DNA of 55,058 nt from a virus, in the IMG/VR virus record IMGVR_UViG_3300009285_000008; one strand, 5' to 3'. A program made the translations under genes and the position numbers. Positions 46,658 to 53,713 of this stretch are shown here, piece after piece; position 1 is the first letter of the stretch, and each line of letters opens with the position of its first letter. Under the pieces are notes generated by a model. The model ran no database searches and had not been told where the DNA came from. It worked only from the letters and a program-made list of their open reading frames with translations.

Positions 46658-49600
46658 ACCACAAACTCTAAGGCACAGCGGCAATTTACGTGTAAGGGCG
46701 GACCATCCACCGCTCCGTAGTCGAACGTCATTGTAGCACCGTCGGCAGCCGTCAGCTTCGCGCCGGCCGCGTAGAACGGATCGTTCAGCCCTACGTCGCG
46801 GCCGTCAAACTCGGCGGCCGCGGCCTCGCAGAACGAACAGTTATGAGCCACAAGACCGCATGACAGCACGAATGAATGATCGTCCGCCACCTCAATGTCG
46901 TACACGACTCCCCGGTAAGCATTGACAGAGTGAACCAGTCGCGGTATAATAGCTCCATATTTACGTGCAAGCGGTGCGGCAGACGTTTTCATTCCGAACG
47001 ATGCAAGGCCCATTTGGCGCGCAATCCGCCGAAATACTGCTCGTGGGAATGCGTTAAGAATCGCGGCGGCAGCGGAGGCACAATCACATGCGAAGTGTGC
47101 GGCGCTATACGCAAGATATTCCCACGTGACACCGAGCGACGAGCCAGATTTTGCAGCTACAGATGCATGAACGTCGCCAGGCGCACCATAGCTTACGCTC
47201 CGCGGTTTACCGAACAGTCCTGCAAGTGGTGCCAGAAATCCTTTAGTTCCAAGTATTCCTACGAACGGCAATCGTATCACGAATGCTGTTCGCGGGCCTG
47301 CGCCGGCAAACTTCGCAGTCAACGCACCACCGGCCCCGCCAACAAACTCTGGTCTCGCGTAACGTGCATCTGCGCCACTTGCGGAAAATCGTTCCTGAAG
47401 TCCCGGTGCCGCGCTGCCATCAACTCCGGCAGAATGAGGGACTACTGTTCCCAGCACTGCAACATCATCGCCATCCACTCGAACAAAGACCGCACTGGGA
47501 TCGAGCGACGAATGGCTTCGATGCTTATCGCCGCCGGCATTGCGTTCGCTGAACAGGTACCCATGTACAGCCGGTGGATTGTTGATTTTGTGGTAGCGGA
47601 CTGGAAATTGATCGTGCTTTGCGATGGCCTGTATTGGCATTCCCGCCCCAAGGTTGCCGCAAAGGATCGCGGGCAAACCAACTATCTTCGCAAATGCGGC
47701 TGGAACGTTCTGCGTTTTACCGACAAGGAAATCGACGGCTCGCCCGATACATGCCTTACTCGCATACTCGCCTATGGACCGCCAGCCGACTGATGTGAGG
47801 AACCAATGATCGGGCGTCACAGCAAAGCCAGGGCCAAACACAAGCGGGCCATCATGCCAACGCGGACGAATGGCGGTAACGCGGCACGGCCGCCCACTGT
47901 GCCCTATCACGAAGTCGCCGACCACTAATCGCTCAATCGCCACGTTGCCCCGCGGAGTCGTCACTTGCGAACCGGCCACGAAGCATGCGTCGGGTGCGCC
48001 GACCCAACGTTTTCCAGTCACAACCCCGCTCGCGTCAGCGCCTGCGATCTGCCCTCGCACGTGGGCACGGGCCGACTCTGTACGCGCGATCATCTCGGCC
48101 CGGTTCGCAATCCCGTCGTCCGCAAACGCCGGCGAGTCCTCGATCCGCTGCCGAATCTCGTTGTAGGTCGCACCCTCCGATACGCCGCCCCGCACCACGT
48201 CCTGAATCTCGCGCGCCAGCGTCTCGTTCAACGAGCGGGCCAGCTTCGGTGTATAGTCGTCCAGGAACTGCATGACGCGCGGGTTCGTGGTGTTGAACGT
48301 CACACCGATATCGATGCCAGCCTGACGCGCTACGGCGGCGATCGTACGCTTGCCAGCCCCAGCCATAACCTCGCCCAGGCCGGCCGCCATCGCGCGCTGA
48401 AGCTCGCGCTCGTACCGGGCAATCGCGGCCTCTGCCCGTTTGATCGCGGCCTCTGCATCGTCGGCCACATCCTTCTGCGCCACATCCATCGCGGTCCGCA
48501 CAGACTCAAGCTGCCGGCCGAGTATCGCGGCAAGCCGGACGATCAACCGGCGGATCGGAGCCTCGGCCTCGTCGTCGCGAGCCGTATCGTCGGCGGCGCC
48601 CTTTGTTACAAATCTTCTACTATCGCGCGCAATAGCCGATGACTTGTAACAATCCAGCACCTTGATTGGCGCCACACCGTAGCCGCCGTTACCGTTACCG
48701 CCGACCGAAGTGCCGATCCTGAATAGTCCGCCCAGCAAATCGGTCGGCTGACCACGCGGCTCGTCACCGCCCTTCATCGGCGGCAGCCCCAGCTCGGCGC
48801 GCCGCTCGTTCACCGTCACGATACCCGCCGCGACGTTCTCGACGCCATGCTTATGCTCCTGCTCGATGTTCTCCGGCAGCGGGTTGTCGTAAGCCAGGAA
48901 GGCGTCATCCTCGATGCTATAGCGCGGCAGCATGCACTCGTTCAACCGCTGCTCGTCCATCGCGAGCATCGGGGCGATCGTGTTCATCAACCAACCGCGG
49001 TCCCCCTGCTCCGCGTTCGCGCGGTTCGGATCATTACTCTTGAGCATCGACATCGGGACGCCGAATACGCCGGCGATCTCTTCGAGCATCTCGGCCCGGC
49101 CCGCCATGTCCTTCGGCGGCCAACCGAGCGGCACGACCTCTGTATCGCCGCCAAGGGCCAGAAGCTTGCCGGCCTTGCGTTGACCGCGCAGCAGCTTGTT
49201 CATATCCGTCGCGTGCCGTTTCAATGCCACGCCATCCGTCACATTCTTGATGATGACCGCATAGTCGGGCCGGGCATTGTTCTGGTAGAGCGCCGTATCG
49301 TGCTCATGCATCGCTTCATTGAGCGGCAGCACGCCGGCCGCCGACGGTCCACAATACCAACCCGCCTCTACCTTGCCCATGCCATAGTGCAGGTCGCGCG
49401 GGTTAGGATACTTGAAATGATCTACCTCGTCCGGCTTGAACTCGCGTCTGACCGGCGTGTCGCGGCCATAGACGTATCCTTCGACGAACTGTCCACTGCC
49501 ACGTTCGCCCGGCACGATGTCCACCCACTGGGCCGGCATGACCCACAACTCAGACGGTATGCCGAGCCGCTGGTCGATGACGATATGCTGATAGGCATTA

Positions 49601-50073
49601 CCGGTGAGCTGCTGGTACACATGCCGCAAGGCCGTGAGCTGATATCCATTCTGCCACGGGTTGACGGTTTCGAGCAATGTCATCAACGGGTGCTGCTCGA
49701 CGACTTCCTCGTAGCCCTCCGGAATGTCGGTTGCGGCCTTGTACAGCACGTACCGACTCGGCTGTAGCTGAGCGTCGCCTACGAAGTACGCTTTTTGCCG
49801 GCGCGTCAATGGCCGGGTCGTGAAGAGCGGTGTGCGGCCGGACTGCTTGCGAACGAAGAGACGGAGCGGCTGGGCGGCCGCACGGTTCGCATTCAGCATC
49901 GTGGCGACGTAGACCCATGAGTTGAACTGCCGAACCGCCAGGTCATAGTTGAACGGCTTGAGCTTCGCCCCACGATATCCGTAGCCGTCGAGCAGGCTGA
50001 CGCTGCCGGTCAGATAGCGTTCGCGCGTGTACTGGGCCTTGGTTCGCACGGGGCGGCGCTTAGCCTTAATCAT
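46654..50073 (-). CDS. portal protein fused to a Mu F/SPP1 gp7-like minor head domain, interrupted by an intein
   Basis: 1139-aa ORF. The N-terminal roughly 480 aa are portal-like. The MuF-like part has NRAEMIARTESARAH ... and a C-terminal PPLHVNCRC. The intein spans aa 697-1078. Confidence 0.8.
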   Translation of the reverse strand: MIKAKRRPVRTKAQYTRERYLTGSVSLLDGYGYRGAKLKPFNYDLAVRQFNSWVYVATMLNANRAAAQPLRLFVRKQSGRTPLFTTRPLTRRQKAYFVGDAQLQPSRYVLYKAATDIPEGYEEVVEQHPLMTLLETVNPWQNGYQLTALRHVYQQLTGNAYQHIVIDQRLGIPSELWVMPAQWVDIVPGERGSGQFVEGYVYGRDTPVRREFKPDEVDHFKYPNPRDLHYGMGKVEAGWYCGPSAAGVLPLNEAMHEHDTALYQNNARPDYAVIIKNVTDGVALKRHATDMNKLLRGQRKAGKLLALGGDTEVVPLGWPPKDMAGRAEMLEEIAGVFGVPMSMLKSNDPNRANAEQGDRGWLMNTIAPMLAMDEQRLNECMLPRYSIEDDAFLAYDNPLPENIEQEHKHGVENVAAGIVTVNERRAELGLPPMKGGDEPRGQPTDLLGGLFRIGTSVGGNGNGGYGVAPIKVLDCYKSSAIARDSRRFVTKGAADDTARDDEAEAPIRRLIVRLAAILGRQLESVRTAMDVAQKDVADDAEAAIKRAEAAIARYERELQRAMAAGLGEVMAGAGKRTIAAVARQAGIDIGVTFNTTNPRVMQFLDDYTPKLARSLNETLAREIQDVVRGGVSEGATYNEIRQRIEDSPAFADDGIANRAEMIARTESARAHVRGQIAGADASGVVTGKRWVGAPDACFVAGSQVTTPRGNVAIERLVVGDFVIGHSGRPCRVTAIRPRWHDGPLVFGPGFAVTPDHWFLTSVGWRSIGEYASKACIGRAVDFLVGKTQNVPAAFAKIVGLPAILCGNLGAGMPIQAIAKHDQFPVRYHKINNPPAVHGYLFSERNAGGDKHRSHSSLDPSAVFVRVDGDDVAVLGTVVPHSAGVDGSAAPGLQERFSASGADARYARPEFVGGAGGALTAKFAGAGPRTAFVIRLPFVGILGTKGFLAPLAGLFGKPRSVSYGAPGDVHASVAAKSGSSLGVTWEYLAYSAAHFACDCASAAAAILNAFPRAVFRRIARQMGLASFGMKTSAAPLARKYGAIIPRLVHSVNAYRGVVYDIEVADDHSFVLSCGLVAHNCSFCEAAAAEFDGRDVGLNDPFYAAGAKLTAADGATMTFDYGAVDGPPLHVNCRCALEFVV
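46840..47985 (-). mobile_element. intein (382 aa)
   Basis: Starts with CFVAGSQVTT..GNVAIERLVVGD (block A). TPDHWFLT is block B. VYDIEVADDHSFVL is block F. GLVAHN followed by Cys+1 (CSFC) is block G. The exteins rejoin as GAPDA|CSFCEAA. Confidence 0.8.
46876..47793 (+). CDS. Vsr/DUF559-type endonuclease with four zinc-finger repeats, antisense inside the intein
   Basis: 305 aa. Four CxxCG..F...(15-20)..YC..(H/E)C units, then ERRMASMLIAAGIAFAEQVPMYSRWIVDFVVADWKLIVLCDGLYWHS..KDRGQTNYLRKCGWNVLRFTDKEI. Codon usage is more A/T-rich than the rest of the genome. Confidence 0.75.
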   Translation: MIVRHLNVVHDSPVSIDRVNQSRYNSSIFTCKRCGRRFHSERCKAHLARNPPKYCSWECVKNRGGSGGTITCEVCGAIRKIFPRDTERRARFCSYRCMNVARRTIAYAPRFTEQSCKWCQKSFSSKYSYERQSYHECCSRACAGKLRSQRTTGPANKLWSRVTCICATCGKSFLKSRCRAAINSGRMRDYCSQHCNIIAIHSNKDRTGIERRMASMLIAAGIAFAEQVPMYSRWIVDFVVADWKLIVLCDGLYWHSRPKVAAKDRGQTNYLRKCGWNVLRFTDKEIDGSPDTCLTRILAYGPPAD

Positions 50074-50251
50074 GAGGCAACTCCATTTTAGCCGTACGGC
50101 CGGCTTTCAATGGCACCGCCCAGGAAGGCGACGTAGATCGCCACCTCGCCACCATCACAATGTCCGGGAAAACTATGCGCTCATGCACGTATCGCGCCTT
50201 GGTCCGCACGGTGCTGCGCTTGGGTTTGACGGCGACCTTGGTCTTAGCCAT
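50066..50251 (-). CDS. small protein whose N-terminus mimics the portal N-terminus
   Basis: Part of ORF 50066-50335. ATG 50251 follows GGAG. MAKTKVAVKPKRSTVRTKARYVHER compares with portal MIKAKRRPVRTKAQYTRER. Confidence 0.35.
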   Translation of the reverse strand: MAKTKVAVKPKRSTVRTKARYVHERIVFPDIVMVARWRSTSPSWAVPLKAGRTAKMELPHD

Positions 50252-50657
50252 GCGGCGGCTCCATCGGCAGGATAACAGCCCTATCGGTAAACCGCCGCGG
50301 CCTTTCCGCATCACTTCCACACCGCTCGCACCCACAGTGCCATGTCACCGGTCCGCGCAAATGGAAGGTCATCGACTCGCCCTCCACCCGGCGGCGCGGC
50401 CAATCGCAATAAGCATGACCCTCAACCGCCCATAAAGCGCGGGGCACGCGGAACGATACGGGCTTGGCATAATGCACGACGTCCGACCACTCGGGCATGA
50501 AGCGCTGACGACCACCGCAGCAACACAGATCGTCGGCAAACTCCGCCATCGGACGCAGGGCGAACAGCGTATCGCCGAGTGTCGTGCCTGGCGGCTGGTG
50601 GCGGCAAAGGCTACTCAATGATCGGCTCTCCTCACGTGTATTGCCAGCACTTCGCAA
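50244..50657 (-). CDS. Cys-rich protein (start uncertain: 50657 or 50549)
   Basis: 137-aa ORF; CCCGG, HAYC and HCGCERCG clusters. The 5' end overlaps the previous gene and the EPIIE repeat. Confidence 0.4.
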   Translation of the reverse strand: MRSAGNTREESRSLSSLCRHQPPGTTLGDTLFALRPMAEFADDLCCCGGRQRFMPEWSDVVHYAKPVSFRVPRALWAVEGHAYCDWPRRRVEGESMTFHLRGPVTWHCGCERCGSDAERPRRFTDRAVILPMEPPHG

Positions 50658-50985
50658 GCTGCTCCGGCGTCAAAGCGACGATATCGGTCGCTTCCGGACA
50701 ATCGATCGACGGAACGATCCAATGACGACTCATAAAAACACAACCATAGCCCCAGCCCACGACGTAGCGACTCACGCCACCAACGTCATAGGCGTAGTGA
50801 CCCAACTGGTCGTCGGCGGACCACTGGCGCATGAGCAGTAGAACTTCCCGCTCACGACGCTCCGCACGCTCCGCGCTCGTTTCAATCAGTGGTGCTTGCG
50901 GTGGCAATAGTATAACATTACTCAATGATCGGCTCCACCATGAAATCGAAGTCCTGAGTATAGAACTTGCCGGAGGAAAACACAA
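50632..50985 (-). CDS. hypothetical protein (start uncertain, probably downstream of 50918)
   Basis: 117-aa ORF whose first roughly 22 codons overlap the upstream gene. ATG 50832 and TTG 50901 are alternative starts. Confidence 0.4.
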   Translation of the reverse strand: MCFPPASSILRTSISWWSRSLSNVILLPPQAPLIETSAERAERREREVLLLMRQWSADDQLGHYAYDVGGVSRYVVGWGYGCVFMSRHWIVPSIDCPEATDIVALTPEQLAKCWQYT

Positions 50986-51442
50986 CCAACCACTGGCCGC
51001 GCCAGCGGCCCGCCTCGTTCATGTCGCCGCTGACCGTCGCGTATTTGAGCTTGCCGTCCGTCCCACTATTGACGAAACTGGCGGCGTGCGCCGAACTGAT
51101 CACGGCGGTCGGGCTACAGGTCGTCAGCGTCTTGGTCGTCGCGGCCGAGCAGTCCACCGCCAGCTCGACCGTCACGTCGATGCCCGCAACCGGCAGGTCG
51201 TCGCCGTTGCCGCCCGACAGGACCAGCGCGTTCGTGGTCAGCACGCCCGACACGCTCACGCGCTTGTCGTCCTTGCCCCAATAAACGTTGGCCGTATAGG
51301 TCGCATCGGCGAACCCGTGGCCGGCCTTGAGCGTCACGGTCCCGGTCGAGGTTCCGGTGCGGACCGTCAACTCGCCGGCTAGCTCGGCCTCGACGATCTG
51401 GACCTGGAGCGTGTGGCCCCATTCACCCTTATGAATTGGCAT
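50918..51442 (-). CDS. hypothetical beta-rich protein
   Basis: 174-aa ORF ending in EPIIE. Confidence 0.5.
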   Translation of the reverse strand: MPIHKGEWGHTLQVQIVEAELAGELTVRTGTSTGTVTLKAGHGFADATYTANVYWGKDDKRVSVSGVLTTNALVLSGGNGDDLPVAGIDVTVELAVDCSAATTKTLTTCSPTAVISSAHAASFVNSGTDGKLKYATVSGDMNEAGRWRGQWLVVFSSGKFYTQDFDFMVEPIIE

Positions 51443-51707
51443 TGACGACCTCTACTGACGCAAACGGCGCCAAGTCGATCCACTCGTTATTCGGCCGTAC
51501 GACGAAAGTGTCATGGTGCTGCCCATCAATCGAACTATAATCGACCTTGACAAGATAATTGAACCCCTCATCGAACCCCGGCGTCACCTCGATATCATCT
51601 CGCCCATCGCGCCGCTCAAACGCCTTCCCCGCCAGCGGCGTAGCGGCCAGCACGGTGCCGGCCATGATGCCGGCGGCCCAGCCGAAGAATGTACGGCGTG
51701 TCAACAT
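51429..51707 (-). CDS. small exported protein with twin-arginine-like signal
   Basis: Part of ORF 51429-51770. ATG 51707 follows GGAGG. MLTRRTFFGWAAGIMAGTVLAATPLAGKA. Confidence 0.45.
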   Translation of the reverse strand: MLTRRTFFGWAAGIMAGTVLAATPLAGKAFERRDGRDDIEVTPGFDEGFNYLVKVDYSSIDGQHHDTFVVRPNNEWIDLAPFASVEVVNANS

Positions 51708-52039
51708 CGCACATACCTCCTGCCCTTTGGCGGCATTGTTACCGTCGGCATCCCGGTCGATACAGCGCAAATCCTGGTTTGGCTTCTCGGCTTATTCCAC
51801 TCGATCTGAGTGACAATCAGTGGAACTCGCGTAACCACGCCGGCGTCGTTGACCATGACCATCGTCGCGCCGGGTAACGGCGGACGGAACTCGATCACGC
51901 GGGGCACCTCGGCGACAACGTGGTATTCCGCCGGGCCACGGTCATCCCCCTCCCGCAACGTCGCCACGGCCGGCAACCGCACCAGGTCGGCGCCGCACCG
52001 AATCACGATGTGGCAGGGCCTTGTTCCGCTCAATCCCAC
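51701..52039 (-). CDS. hypothetical protein
   Basis: 112-aa ORF overlapping the terminase stop by 10 nt. Confidence 0.4.
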   Translation of the reverse strand: MGLSGTRPCHIVIRCGADLVRLPAVATLREGDDRGPAEYHVVAEVPRVIEFRPPLPGATMVMVNDAGVVTRVPLIVTQIEWNKPRSQTRICAVSTGMPTVTMPPKGRRYVRC

Positions 52040-53282
52040 GGTTCGCCCTCCATGCCTTCATCAACCTCTTCGCCACCGCCGATCAGCGCACACGCAAACC
52101 CACTGCTGATGCTCAAGCTGTGCCGTTTATGGGCGGCAAGGGCGAGGGCACATACACCGTCGTCAGTCATGCCGGGCACGCTTCGATACGTCACGCCTTT
52201 TTTGCCATACTCGAAGATAAAGCTCTCCAGCTCGCAAGTCAGCCAGCCGGCCTGGAACCGAATCTCCTGCCGCTGAATCGCGGCCGCCAGCCCTTCCATC
52301 AGTTGCTGTTTCGAGCGCGAGGTGAACGTATAGCCCTCGACGTTCGGGCATACCCTTTGCAACCGCTCGACAATCGGGTCGCCTACGCCGGTCGAGTCAA
52401 CCAGCGCGGGCACGTCTCTGATCGTATCGCCGATCCGTCTGCACGTCTGCTCCCAGTCACTCTGCCAGCGCTCTAGTGTAGCGACGTTCCCGCCCGCGTC
52501 TAGCCCGCACACAACGGTCCAGTCCTGGTGTTTGGCCAAGTCCACGCCGTAGCAAACCGGCTGTGTCCCAGCGTTGAACACGATGCAGTCGCGAATCGCC
52601 TTGAGCCCGAACGGGTTGCCGCCATCGTCGGCCGGGACGCCTTCGTATTCTTGAGCGAACACGGCGGGCGGCAGGTCACGGCGGGCAGCCTCTACCTCGG
52701 CCGAGTCGATCGCCGGGTTCGCGACGGTCGGGGCGCGGAACGACGCCCAGCCCTGGTCGGCGCGCGTTTCGCCGTAGCTCCATAAGCGGTGGGCGTAGCT
52801 GCGCCCGCGCGGCGTGAAGGCAAACCACGCATCGCCCTTCAGGTCGGTCAGCGTCGGGCGGATCGAATGTTCCCACGCCTCTTGCAGGTACGGCGCGATA
52901 CCGGCCTCATCGACGCACACACGCGCGTACTTGCGGCCGCGGCCGCACTTCTCCGGCTGCTCGAGCGACCAGAAGTCGATGCAACCACCGGTCAGGAGCC
53001 GTATCTGGCCCTCGGTCTTGTTGCTCTCGACGATCACGGGCGCCAGCAAGTCGGACAGGACGCGCCACTCTTGGACCATGAGCTGCCGAACGGGCGCGAA
53101 CCACGCGACCGGCTTGCGTTCTACGGCCGCCGTTATTGCTAGCTCAACTAGAAGGGTCGTCTTCACCCCCACCTCCTGCCGCACTCGATAGCGTTGAACC
53201 GCTTGGCGGCATTGAAGACGGCCTGCTGGCCGGGGTGAAGGCCGGGGAGTGGGATGGCTACGCGCCGAACCTCGCCGCTCAT
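52030..53282 (-). CDS. terL: terminase large subunit, two reading frames joined at a G5 run
   Basis: ATG 53282 (ATGA overlap with the small-subunit stop) opens MSGEVRRVAIPLPGLHPGQQAVFNAAKRFNAIECGRRWG, then TGA at 53163-53165. The rest (VKTTLLVELAI ... nuclease half YGVDLA..., STGVGD) continues in the -1 frame (track ORF 52030-53301). Confidence 0.75.
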
Positions 53283-53713
53283 GCGACCTCCTCGCTCTCA
53301 ATCAGCCGCGGCGCGACCGTGACGTGCTCGTGCCGGATCACGATCTCCAAAGGACCAGTCGGCTCGATGCGGTCGGCCAGCTTGCCGCACGTGCGATCGA
53401 GTAGGGCTTGCAGCGGGGTCGGCTTGCCGAGCGCGGCCGCAACGGCCCAGCCGATCGCACACACTTGCATGACCGTAGCGTCGGGCGGCAGGCCGTGCTT
53501 CTCGGCCAGCTTGGCGGTCGCCAAAAAGTCGCGCGCCGGGCGGTCCAGGTTCTCCATCAGGACGGTAACGGTGTTGCGCACCCCCTTCGGCCGGCCCTTG
53601 GGATTCGTGCAACTGCCCTTCAGCCACTTGCCGTTCGTGCTGTCGCGCAGGATGACCTGCTTGCGTTCCGGCTTGCCGTTGCCCGACTCGATGGGTTGTC
53701 CATTGTCACTCAT
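53279..53713 (-). CDS. small terminase-like protein (DUF5681-type)
   Basis: Part of ORF 53279-53749. ATG 53713 forms an ATGA overlap. CTNPKGRPKGVRN motif; position upstream of terL. Confidence 0.5.
   Translation of the reverse strand: MSDNGQPIESGNGKPERKQVILRDSTNGKWLKGSCTNPKGRPKGVRNTVTVLMENLDRPARDFLATAKLAEKHGLPPDATVMQVCAIGWAVAAALGKPTPLQALLDRTCGKLADRIEPTGPLEIVIRHEHVTVAPRLIESEEVA

Noticed and set aside
46950-47790. Minus-strand interior of the intein as its own homing-endonuclease domain
   Set aside because: I found no LAGLIDADG, HNH, GIY-YIG or PD-(D/E)XK signature in that translation, and it reads like antisense filler. The recognisable endonuclease is on the plus strand.
890-49767. Many long ORFs antisense to confident genes, e.g. 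890-1642(+), 5013-5921(+), 9487-10143(-), 12061-12609(-), 18297-19292(-), 24708-25880(+), 30112-30906(+), 32269-33090(+), 40021-41457(+), 48847-49767(+)
   Set aside because: These translations are Arg/Pro/Gly/Ala-rich and low in complexity. They lie opposite genes with clear motifs or operon context. This is the expected behaviour of stop-poor alternative frames in GC-rich DNA. The one exception I accept is 46876-47793, which has its own domain signatures.
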